Of a stretch of DNA of 32,242 bases, positions 11,358-19,542 are shown piece after piece. The position numbers and the translations under genes are program-made. Each line of letters opens with the position of its first letter. The stretch's first letter is position 1. The DNA comes from Candidatus Methylomirabilales bacterium (GTDB lineage Bacteria > Methylomirabilota > Methylomirabilia > Methylomirabilales > CSP1-5), in NCBI GenBank assembly GCA_046758405.1, contig JBHIAD010000003.1, positions 1 to 32,242 of the forward strand, in the 5' to 3' direction. Under the pieces are notes generated by a model. It worked only from the letters and a program-made list of their open reading frames with translations, was not told the DNA's origin and did not search any database.

Positions 11358-12180
11358 GGGGCTCGAGGCCCTGATCCCCCCCAGCCGGGAGGAGGAGGGG
11401 CGCGGTGTGCTCGAGGTGCCGGTGGCGGCCATCCGGCCGAGCCCCCTGCAGCCGCGGAAGCACTTTGACGCCAAGGCCATTCAAGAGCTCGCCCAGTCCA
11501 TCCGCACCCACGGAGTCCTCTCGCCGGTCATCCTCCGGGAGGCGGGTGACCGCTTTGAGCTGGTGGCCGGCGAGCGGCGGCTGAGAGCGGCCAGGCTCGC
11601 TGGTCTGGAGAGAATTCCCGCGGTGATTCGTGAAGTCGGGATGAGCGCCATGCTCGAGATGGCGTTGATCGAGAACATCCAGCGGGCGGACCTGAATCCG
11701 ATCGAGGAGGCGGAGGTCTACAACCGGCTGATTCAGGAGTTCGGCCTGACTCAGGAGGAGGTCGCGGCACGGGTCGGTCGGGAGCGCTCGTCGGTGGCAA
11801 ATACCTTGAGGCTGCTGCGACTTCACCCGACACTCCACCAGGCGCTCATCGAGGGGAGACTCTCGGCGGGACAGGCGCGGCCCCTGCTCAGCCTCGAGGG
11901 CCGGGAGCAGGTCCGGGCAGGGGAGCAGGTCATTCGCCGAGCCCTGTCGGCGCGGGCGGTCGAGGTCCTCGTCAAGCGACTCCGGGGGCAAGACGGGATT
12001 CGCAAGGTGAAGGCCAAGCCAGCCTCCCCCCAGCTCAGGGCCCTGGAGGAGGGGCTCCGGCGCGCCCTCGCCACGAAGGTCCGGATTGTTCGCTCGGGAC
12101 GGCGCGGGCGGATCGAGATAGATTTTTACTCCGATGACGATCTGACCCGTCTGGTCGACCTGATCCGGAGACGCAGGTAG
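11332..12180 (+). CDS. parB: Chromosome partitioning protein ParB/Spo0J
   Basis: ALGRGLEALI, QPRKHF, AGERRLRAA, ENIQRADLNPIEEA, HTH RSSVANTLRLL; GGAGGT RBS. Confidence 0.97.
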   Translation: MGARQALGRGLEALIPPSREEEGRGVLEVPVAAIRPSPLQPRKHFDAKAIQELAQSIRTHGVLSPVILREAGDRFELVAGERRLRAARLAGLERIPAVIREVGMSAMLEMALIENIQRADLNPIEEAEVYNRLIQEFGLTQEEVAARVGRERSSVANTLRLLRLHPTLHQALIEGRLSAGQARPLLSLEGREQVRAGEQVIRRALSARAVEVLVKRLRGQDGIRKVKAKPASPQLRALEEGLRRALATKVRIVRSGRRGRIEIDFYSDDDLTRLVDLIRRRR

Positions 12181-12289
12181 TCGGGGGCTCCCGCGGCTGG
12201 CCGGCGACTTCCCGGAAAGAGCAGCGGGCGGGCCCGCAGAGCATCGCCGGATACTCGGATCGTGGTGCAGCAAGATACGCATAAAAACA

Positions 12290-12772
12290 GTGAAAATAGC
12301 CATAAAAGAGATTAAAATTGCCTTAATTGCACTTTGGCTTGGTGCCATTGTCACTTTCAGCTTTATTCTGGCACCAGTAGCCTTCCAAGTCCTGCCTAGC
12401 CGACACCTCGCGGGAGAGGTGGTGACGGGGATTTTGAACCGGCTGAACCTGCTGGGCTACATCCTTGGACCGCTCCTGCTCCTCCTCGTGATTCTCGGGC
12501 GGCACGCTGGGCACAGACCATTCGTTGTCATCCAGGCCATCCTGCTCACCCTCATGGCCGTCTCCTCGGTGCTGTCGCGCGAGGTCATTACGCCCCGCCT
12601 GCTCTCTCTCCGGGCACAGATGGGGCAGATGATCGACCAAGTTCCCCTCCACGACCCGCTTCGTCTCACCTTTCAAACCTGGCACGAGTACGGGGTGGCC
12701 CTGATGGCCTTCAACCTGGTCGCGGCCCTGCTCCTTCTTGCTCTTCTCACCGTCGGACCTCGGGGCTCCTGA
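12290..12772 (+). CDS. DUF4149/TMEM205-like four-TM membrane protein
   Basis: WLG..F..APVAF..LPSR..AG.V...I pattern, ITP.L, F..WH..GV; four hydrophobic helices. Confidence 0.75.
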   Translation: MKIAIKEIKIALIALWLGAIVTFSFILAPVAFQVLPSRHLAGEVVTGILNRLNLLGYILGPLLLLLVILGRHAGHRPFVVIQAILLTLMAVSSVLSREVITPRLLSLRAQMGQMIDQVPLHDPLRLTFQTWHEYGVALMAFNLVAALLLLALLTVGPRGS

Positions 12773-12936
12773 TGGTGGCGGGGAGCTGGGGTGGTGGTAC
12801 ATTTCTTGTACGTAACCAAAAGGAAGAGGGAGGCTGCGGCACGCGCCCAGGGTTCACGGGTCCCAGGCGACCGCGCCAAGCCCTGAAAACTGACCGGAAG
12901 GATCTTCCCCCTAGGATGGGGGAGAAGGAGGGAACT

Positions 12937-13227
12937 ATGAGACAAGCAATTGGTGTCATCGGGATCGCCTTGCTCGTGAGCGGCATCGGCTGGCCCGCCG
13001 CGGCATGGGCAAATCATCTCAGCCGACAGATTGAGCGAATCGAGACGAGGATCGACACGCTTCGCATGAAGGCCTATGCCCTGGTGACCGGGAATATCAT
13101 GATGGGGGCAATGGACGTCAAGAACCGTGACCGGCTTGGCAAAACCCAGGCCAAGCTGGAGAAGCTCCATGCGGAGAGGGGGGATCTCGTCAGGCGGCAG
13201 GATCGCGAGCATAGTGCGGGACGGTAG
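12937..13227 (+). CDS. Small secreted helical-hairpin protein of unknown function
   Basis: ATG at 12937 with AAGGAGG RBS; Sec-type signal peptide ending AWA; two amphipathic coiled-coil-like helices. Confidence 0.65.
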   Translation: MRQAIGVIGIALLVSGIGWPAAAWANHLSRQIERIETRIDTLRMKAYALVTGNIMMGAMDVKNRDRLGKTQAKLEKLHAERGDLVRRQDREHSAGR

Positions 13228-13233
13228 CGTCGC

Positions 13234-13725
13234 GTGGCGAGAGGGTGTGCCCTGGCGCTGATCCTCCTTACGGCGGCCTGCTCGGTGGTCCCGAAAGCGT
13301 TCCGCGAGGGGACGACCGGCCAGCCTCCCTTTCGCCACCTTGCGGCAGGCCCCGAGGCCTACGCCGGATCGCGCATCGTAGTCGGTGGAGAGGTGGCCGA
13401 GGTCCACGCCTGGGGGCGAGGGCTCGCCATCGAGGTGATCCAGCGCCCCCTAGGGTTCCGCGACCGTCCCGAGCGGGAGCGACCATCGGATGGGCGCTTC
13501 ATCGCCCTCGTTCAGGAGCCCATCGCGGCAAAGGAGTTGTACACGGGGCGGCGGCTGACCGTGGTCGGCGTGGTGAGGGGAGCGGCCCTTCGGAGCAGCG
13601 AGGAAGAGCCACGGAGAGTCCCCGAGCTTCTGGCCCAGTACCTCCACCTTTGGCCTGATCTCACCATTGGCGGCAGGCGCTTCGGGATCGGGATCAATCT
13701 GCAGGGGAGCATTGGCATCAAGTAG
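13234..13725 (+). CDS. Slp-family outer membrane lipoprotein
   Basis: Lipobox LTAAC; P..Y.G..IVVGG, IEVIQRPL...RP....SDGRF, GRRLTVVG, HLWP motifs. Confidence 0.85.
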   Translation: MARGCALALILLTAACSVVPKAFREGTTGQPPFRHLAAGPEAYAGSRIVVGGEVAEVHAWGRGLAIEVIQRPLGFRDRPERERPSDGRFIALVQEPIAAKELYTGRRLTVVGVVRGAALRSSEEEPRRVPELLAQYLHLWPDLTIGGRRFGIGINLQGSIGIK

Positions 13726-13932
13726 CGGGTGAATCAGACGCCGCCGAGGAAGGAGATCGGCTACTGCCGGGCCAGCGTCCAGCCGACCAAACTAATCTCT
13801 CAACCCTTTGAGAGAGGGAGAATGCGATCCCAATCTCGGTCCAAGGAGGACCAAGTAGCCTAAAGTGCGTGGCGCTCCGGTGTTTAGAGTAGTAAATAGT
13901 TCTGGTCATTTCCGGTTAGCCGGAAGAACCCA

Positions 13933-14325
13933 GTGGTGATTAGTAAGAACGACGTAATGCCGCTTTTATTGCAAGCCTGCCCCTCGTATCGTCCTCGGTG
14001 GGCGAAGTATTCGGCCGAACCAGAGTTCGACCCCGGCCTTCTCTACGTTCATCTGGGTGATTTTGCGCACCATCTTGTCGGCTTGATGAAGGAAGGAAAG
14101 ACAGGAGAGTTCAGCTCCGTTTTCGATGCCATCGAGCGCCTACATCCCGAAGGCGATAGCTACATACAAGAAGCAGCTATTATCGGCTTTCTTGAGAGCA
14201 TCCAGAACATCGCCGGCGACAGCGGTGTTGATCCTGAGCGGTTTTTCCCATACCTCGGAAGCGAGTCCGCAAGCCGGTGGAAACGGCTCAACGACTTCTG
14301 GGAGGGCAAAACTCCCCATGTGTAA
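13933..14325 (+). CDS. Hypothetical all-helical protein (DUF7674-like; possibly immunity-type/cassette gene)
   Basis: LLLQACPSY, LYVHLGDFAHHL, IE.L..EGD.YIQEAAIIGFLE, YLG.ES..W..L..FW; lower GC than neighbouring genes. Family call from motif recall only. Confidence 0.65.
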   Translation: MVISKNDVMPLLLQACPSYRPRWAKYSAEPEFDPGLLYVHLGDFAHHLVGLMKEGKTGEFSSVFDAIERLHPEGDSYIQEAAIIGFLESIQNIAGDSGVDPERFFPYLGSESASRWKRLNDFWEGKTPHV

Positions 14326-14668
14326 GCGCCAGCTTCCTCAATCTCCGGCTGGCATGTCCCTGAAGCTAGCGGCGCAGGTTAGGAATCAGTGGACAGCGCG
14401 TCTCTCCCCTTAGAGCCAGAGCGGCAGGCAGCGCACTTTCGTGGATAGCAAAGTCAAGCGCAGCTAAGCCGAGAAAATACGGCGTCGGCTTTCGCGTTTA
14501 CTAGAGCCCTTGGGGTTCCAGCGTACGAAGGTATAGTTGTGGACGCGCCTCCGGGAAAGTAAGCAGAAAGCAAGGGGCCAAAACAAAGGGCCAGGTCTTG
14601 AATCTTGACTATTCAGTCTGAGTTGCGGGAGGCACGGTGTCAACCATGAGCAGACTGGCGATGAAGGG

Positions 14669-15547
14669 TCATTGCGGGACATCAAGATTCACGCGTCGAC
14701 TGTGAACCCCAACCCAGGGGACTGAAACCTCAATTTCCGGTGGAACCGAATTGGGACCCTTCTGTTCGGCAAGGAGGGCCTTGAGCCGCTGCCGTTCCTC
14801 GATCCAGGCCTCCGCAGGCAGCAAGGCCAGCAACGTTTCTCCCTCGGTCGTCAGCCGTTCTAACAGAGCCCTCGCCTTCCGATAAAAGCGGCGCACCTTC
14901 CTGTCCACTGCCTTATCCACGAGGGGCCCGAAGAGCTTCAAGAGAGGATGGAGCAGGGCGTGTCGAATCCGAACGTAGCCGGTCAGGGAGTTCTCGGTGG
15001 AGGGGTTTCCTGCCGTATCCTCGGCCTGGCGGAAGGTGACGATGATGGCCATGTCGGCCCGAATCCGCCCGAAGAGCCGCGCCTTGTACTGGCCTTGGGC
15101 GAGGAAGACCCGCCTTCCATCCAGCACGGCGACTCGCTCGAAGACCCCGGTGGCACCGCGACCGTCGTCACCGAAGTATCGTCCGTCTCCTTCCCGGCGG
15201 ATCTTATACCTGCTCACGCCGGCCGCGCGGGCTAACGCTGCGGCGAAGTCGGGATGATCGAGGAGAAAGGCGAAGAGGGGGGGAGAACCAGGCACACGGA
15301 TTCCCGAAACTGTCCGATGAATGGTGTGCTTTGCCAGGAGGCGCTTGACGGCCGCCCCGGTCTGCCCCACGAGGGCCTCGTGAGGGATCTCCTCAGCAGC
15401 GGCCGAGGCAGTCAGGAGGCTGAGAGATAGGAGGAAAAGAGTCCAAACCGGGAGGGAAAATTGCCCTCTCAGCTTTCTCCTACTTCGCCCGCGGTCGATT
15501 GTGCCCAACGTCTTCACATTCCCATCCGCGAAGTGCGCGCGCTGCAT
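14669..15547 (-). CDS. Hypothetical secreted protein (true start may be internal)
   Basis: Long ORF with a signal-like hydrophobic stretch ending ASAAA-EE; core FLLDHPDFAA...Y.I...YFGDDGRGATG; no recognised family. Confidence 0.7.
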   Translation of the reverse strand: MQRAHFADGNVKTLGTIDRGRSRRKLRGQFSLPVWTLFLLSLSLLTASAAAEEIPHEALVGQTGAAVKRLLAKHTIHRTVSGIRVPGSPPLFAFLLDHPDFAAALARAAGVSRYKIRREGDGRYFGDDGRGATGVFERVAVLDGRRVFLAQGQYKARLFGRIRADMAIIVTFRQAEDTAGNPSTENSLTGYVRIRHALLHPLLKLFGPLVDKAVDRKVRRFYRKARALLERLTTEGETLLALLPAEAWIEERQRLKALLAEQKGPNSVPPEIEVSVPWVGVHSRRVNLDVPQ

Positions 15548-15575
15548 TGACAGCCCTGGGGCGCTATGTTAGCGT
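15547..15575 (+). promoter_or_regulatory. sigma70 promoter of the bactofilin-mnmA-MoxR operon
   Basis: TTGACA-17nt-TAGCGT with TG extension. Confidence 0.6.
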
Positions 15576-15621
15576 ACTAAATATTCGTTGCTTCTCGCAA
15601 CCTTTCGCGGAGATCGTCGCC

Positions 15622-16023
15622 GTGCGCAGAGACCGAGAAAGCCCCTCGATCGGTGAAATCAAGGCCTTCCTGGGCGAAGGAACAGAGTTTAAGGGGGTCC
15701 TGAGTTTTCAGGGAACGGTCCGCGTCGACGGGTGGGTGGAAGGGGAAGTCATCGGGGACGAGCTCTTGATCGTGGGCGAGTCGGGACATCTCAGGGCCGA
15801 TATCGATGTCGGCGCCCTGATCTCGAGCGGCCGGATCGTTGGCAACGTTATTGCACGGAAGCGGGTAGAGCTCCTCGCGACGAGCGTCCTGGCCGGGAAG
15901 GTCAAGACTCCCTGCCTGGTGGTTGCCGAGGGGGCATCCCTGAACGGCAGTTGCGAGATGGAGATGGACGAGACGACGGCACCGGCGGACACCTCTCCCC
16001 CGGGAGAGGGCGAGACGGGCTAG
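15622..16023 (+). CDS. Bactofilin (polymer-forming cytoskeletal protein, CcmA/DUF583)
   Basis: AFLGEGTEFKGVLSFQGTVRVDGWVEGEV...VELLATSVLAGKVKTPCLVVAEGASLNGSCEM beta-helix; GTG at 15622 with GGAGA RBS. Confidence 0.92.
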   Translation: MRRDRESPSIGEIKAFLGEGTEFKGVLSFQGTVRVDGWVEGEVIGDELLIVGESGHLRADIDVGALISSGRIVGNVIARKRVELLATSVLAGKVKTPCLVVAEGASLNGSCEMEMDETTAPADTSPPGEGETG

Positions 16024-16043
16024 GAGGCCATGTCGGATTCTTC

Positions 16044-17186
16044 ATGAAGCAGCGGGTCGTGGTGGCGATGAGCGGCGGCGTCGACAGCTCTGTGGCGGCG
16101 GCGCTCTTAAAGGAGGAAGGCTTCGAGGTCATCGGAGTCACCTTGCGCCTCTGGTCCCATACGGATCTGACGCCGGTTACGACGCGGCCGCGGAGTTGCT
16201 GCACCCCCGAATCCCTCGAAGATGCCGCGCTGGTGGCGGCCGAGCTCGACATCCCGCATTACACCCTCAACGTTGTTGACGAATTCGAGTCTCGCGTGGT
16301 GGCCCCCTTTTGCCGGGACTACCTGCGGGGTCGCACCCCGATCCCCTGCGTCGCCTGCAATGGCGAGGTCAAGTTCGGTCTCCTCCTCGAGCGGGCCCTC
16401 GGCTGGGGGGCGAGTACCCTGGCGACCGGTCATTACGCCCGGATCTATCAGGAGGAGGCGCGGGGTCTGTGGCGAATCCGTCGGGCCCGTGACCTCGAAA
16501 AGGATCAGTCCTACTTTCTCTTCGCCCTTCGGTCGGAGCAGATCCGGCACCTCCGGTTTCCCCTCGGGGGTCTGCGGAAGGGTCAGGTCCGGCAGCTTGC
16601 CGCACGCCTTGGTCTTCGGATCGCCGACAAGCCCGACAGTCAGGAACTCTGCTTTCTGCCCGACGGGGACTACCGGAGCCTGATCCGATCTCGCCACCCC
16701 GACGAGCTGTTTCCGGGACCGATTCGGGACCGGACGGGAAGGTCCCTGGGGACGCATCATGGGTTGGCCCTTTACACCGTGGGCCAGCGGCGGGGTCTCG
16801 GCATCGGGGGTGACGGACCCTACTATGTGGTGGAGCTCGATGGTCCAGCGAACACCCTGGTGGTTGGTCGGGACCGGGACCTTATGACGGAGGTCTTGGT
16901 GGCCCGGCCCCGCTACCTGCCTGATCTGGTGGGGTGGGATCCGGCCCGGCCGGTTCTCGCATGTGTCCGGTATCGGCAACCGGCGATCGAGGCACGCCTC
17001 CTCCCCCTCGACGGCGACCTGATCGGGGTTCGCTTCCTTCGACCGATCCGGGCGATCGCTCCGGGGCAGGCAGTCGTTTTCTATGATGGCGCGGATCCCT
17101 CGCTTGTGCTCGGTGGTGGAATTATCGAGGGGAGCGGGATCGAGGCCGAGGAGCTCCTCGCCGCCCGCGCTGGGGTGGAGGGCTGA
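16044..17186 (+). CDS. mnmA: tRNA 2-thiouridine(34) synthase MnmA
   Basis: VAMSGGVDSS, PIPCVACN, ATGHYA, KDQSYFL, SQELCF, YTVGQRRGLG, APGQAVVFY; ATG at 16044. Confidence 0.97.
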   Translation: MKQRVVVAMSGGVDSSVAAALLKEEGFEVIGVTLRLWSHTDLTPVTTRPRSCCTPESLEDAALVAAELDIPHYTLNVVDEFESRVVAPFCRDYLRGRTPIPCVACNGEVKFGLLLERALGWGASTLATGHYARIYQEEARGLWRIRRARDLEKDQSYFLFALRSEQIRHLRFPLGGLRKGQVRQLAARLGLRIADKPDSQELCFLPDGDYRSLIRSRHPDELFPGPIRDRTGRSLGTHHGLALYTVGQRRGLGIGGDGPYYVVELDGPANTLVVGRDRDLMTEVLVARPRYLPDLVGWDPARPVLACVRYRQPAIEARLLPLDGDLIGVRFLRPIRAIAPGQAVVFYDGADPSLVLGGGIIEGSGIEAEELLAARAGVEG

Positions 17187-18652
17187 TGGCTGAAGGGATG
17201 GCGCTCCTCAGACGGCTCAAACCAGGGACCCGTCGCGTCCGCCTCCTCCGGGGGTTCTACTACGGGATTCGGGGTGCTGGGGTCGGGCTCGTCGTCAGTC
17301 TCATTCTCCTCATGTTCCAGGAAGCGATTCCCTTTGGGCGCTGGTGGCTTCTCCTCCCGATCCCCGTCGTCGGCTTCGCCGGATTCGTGGGCGGGCTTCT
17401 GCGCCCCCTGCGCCCCCTCGAGGTTGCTCGGCTCGTCGAGGAACATGGGGGGTTTGAGCAACGGCTCTCGACAGCCCTTGAGGTGATCCATGGGGGAGAG
17501 GAGAGCGCCTTTGGCGGCGCCTTGCTCCGGGAGACTACGAGCTGCCTTGAGCATCGGATGCGCCCCCCGACCATCCCCGTCACACTGCCCCGAGAGGGCC
17601 TGTACCTGCTCCCGGTTGGCCTGGCGGTTGTGGCCCTGCTCGTGCTGCCGTCTGGTCTCCCGCGCCTGATCGAAACGAATGACCGGGTTCAGGAGGAGGC
17701 GCGGGCGACGACCGCCTCGGAGACACTCGGCGAGACCGTCACCCCGCCCGCGGGGGATTCGCCCCGGGCCGAGCCGCCGCGGGTCCAGGACCGACATCTC
17801 TCGCGTGGGCTCACTCCGCCAAGCAAGGTCCCGGGCGAGATCGCCGCCCTCTTCAAGGATGCCCCCCTGGGGCAGAGCCGCCCGGACTTTTCCCTCTTTC
17901 TCCGTGAGGGGGACGAGCGCCTCAAATTCCTTGGACGGATGGGCGCGATTCCCGAGCTCAAGACGGGGAACCTCAGGAGTCCTTACCAGATTGCCATGGC
18001 GCAACTGGAGGCGATGCGGGCCCGAGGGGACGCCCGGAGCCTCTCCGGAGACCAGGTCCGTCGTCTCTTGATGGACATGAAGGCGGGCAAGCCGGGCAGG
18101 GGACAGCTCGGCTCGGCCCAAGGGACCTTCGGGGAGGAAGATCTGGGGAACCTGGAGGGAGAGGCGGGCCTGCAGGCGCTCCAGGATGCCCTGGACGAGC
18201 TTCGCGAGAGCGAGGAGGCGGGCCTCTTTGACTCGCAGGTCCCTCCCGGGAGGGGATCCGGCACGCGAGAGGGGCAGGGGCCGAGTGGCGGCGACGATGC
18301 AATGACCGAGGAGGGCGGATCCCGCGAGTCCATGGGATCCTTTGCGGGTCGTGGGCGGGGCAGTGACCCAGAGGGCGAGCAGGCGCAACGGATCCCGACT
18401 GCTCCCTGGGATAGTGGGCTGAAGGGTCGCCGGGGGAAGCGAGGCCAGTCGGAAGCCTACAACACCAACATGGTGGGGCCGGGCAGCCAGGGGAAGGGGC
18501 AACTTCCCCAGATCCAGCTTTTGACCGAGTACCGGCAGATGGTGGAGACGGCCCTGACCAAGGAGGCCGTCCCGCCTGCCTACCGGGAGCAGGTCAAACG
18601 TTACTTTGACTTCCTGAAGCCCCCAGAGCAGGCTCTGTCACGGGACCGATGA
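17186..18652 (+). CDS. Membrane-anchored protein with Gly/Glu-rich tail, MoxR/vWA-cluster associated
   Basis: Two N-terminal TMs, ERLSTALE-type motif (QRLSTALE), third TM, low-complexity Gly-rich region, C-terminal VPPAYREQVKRYF; TGATG overlap with mnmA. Confidence 0.8.
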   Translation: MAEGMALLRRLKPGTRRVRLLRGFYYGIRGAGVGLVVSLILLMFQEAIPFGRWWLLLPIPVVGFAGFVGGLLRPLRPLEVARLVEEHGGFEQRLSTALEVIHGGEESAFGGALLRETTSCLEHRMRPPTIPVTLPREGLYLLPVGLAVVALLVLPSGLPRLIETNDRVQEEARATTASETLGETVTPPAGDSPRAEPPRVQDRHLSRGLTPPSKVPGEIAALFKDAPLGQSRPDFSLFLREGDERLKFLGRMGAIPELKTGNLRSPYQIAMAQLEAMRARGDARSLSGDQVRRLLMDMKAGKPGRGQLGSAQGTFGEEDLGNLEGEAGLQALQDALDELRESEEAGLFDSQVPPGRGSGTREGQGPSGGDDAMTEEGGSRESMGSFAGRGRGSDPEGEQAQRIPTAPWDSGLKGRRGKRGQSEAYNTNMVGPGSQGKGQLPQIQLLTEYRQMVETALTKEAVPPAYREQVKRYFDFLKPPEQALSRDR

Positions 18653-19542
18653 CCCTCCCGGCCGCGAACATCTCATACGATCCAGCCTTCCTCCAGAAAC
18701 TGGAACGCCTCACGATCGTGATCCGCAGGGTCCTGGGGGGGCGCGTCCGCGGGGAGCGGCCGAGTCGGCGACGTGGGGCCGGCGTGGAATTCCAGGACTT
18801 CCGTCCCTACGTGGCAGGGGACGACATCCGGTACCTCGACTGGAATGTGTATCGCCGGATGGAGCGACTCGTTCTCAAGCTCTTTGTGGAAGAGCAGGAC
18901 CTGTGTCTGCACGTGCTGGTGGACTCGAGCGCGTCGATGGGGTTCGGGCAACCGACAAAGCTCGTGTACGCCGCGCAGGCGGCGGCGGCTATCGGCTATG
19001 TGGCCCTGGCAAGCCACGAGCGGGTCGCGGCGGGGCTCATCGGTTGGGGGGACTCCTTGGCCTTCAGACCAACCCGGGGGAAGCGACGGATCTTTGCCCT
19101 TCTGGAGTTTCTGGAGAAAGGACGGGCGGCTGGCCAGACAGACCTGACGGCCGCCTTGGCCGACTATGCCCGCCGGACGCGCGCGACAGACCTGGTCGTT
19201 CTCCTGAGTGACCTCCTCGACCCTCAGGGATTCGAGGGTGGGGTGGATGCCCTGCTGGCCCGGGGGGTCGATGTCGTCCTGCTCCATCTGATCACGGAGG
19301 CCGAGGAGGAGCCCCCCCTTGCCGGGGACTACCGCTTGGAGGATGCCGAGACCGCCGAGCATTGTGACGTGACGGTAGACCCAGACACCCTTGACCGGTA
19401 CCGACAGAACCGTGACGCCTTCTTCGGGCGGTGCGAGGAGTTCTGTCGTCGTCGTGGTGTGGACTATCTCCGGGTCCGGACCGATCTCCCGTTGGAGGAT
19501 CTGATCCTCCGGGACCTTTGCGCCGGGGGGATCCTGCGATGA
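18649..19542 (+). CDS. DUF58 domain protein (vWA-like)
   Basis: G.GVEFQDFRPYVAGDDIRYLDWNVY.R...KLFVEE, DSSASM, LSDL; ATGA overlap. Confidence 0.95.
   Translation: MTLPAANISYDPAFLQKLERLTIVIRRVLGGRVRGERPSRRRGAGVEFQDFRPYVAGDDIRYLDWNVYRRMERLVLKLFVEEQDLCLHVLVDSSASMGFGQPTKLVYAAQAAAAIGYVALASHERVAAGLIGWGDSLAFRPTRGKRRIFALLEFLEKGRAAGQTDLTAALADYARRTRATDLVVLLSDLLDPQGFEGGVDALLARGVDVVLLHLITEAEEEPPLAGDYRLEDAETAEHCDVTVDPDTLDRYRQNRDAFFGRCEEFCRRRGVDYLRVRTDLPLEDLILRDLCAGGILR

Noticed and set aside
12201-12250. Branched stem after parB (CCGGCGA/TCGCCGG enclosing GCGGG/CCCGC)
   Set aside because: Short GC stems are expected by chance at this GC content; no U-tract or recognisable riboswitch motif.
13796-13930. 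Small hairpins and a 13-codon ORF (MRSQSRSKEDQVA) upstream of the cassette-like gene
   Set aside because: No recognisable RNA family or IS end; insufficient support.
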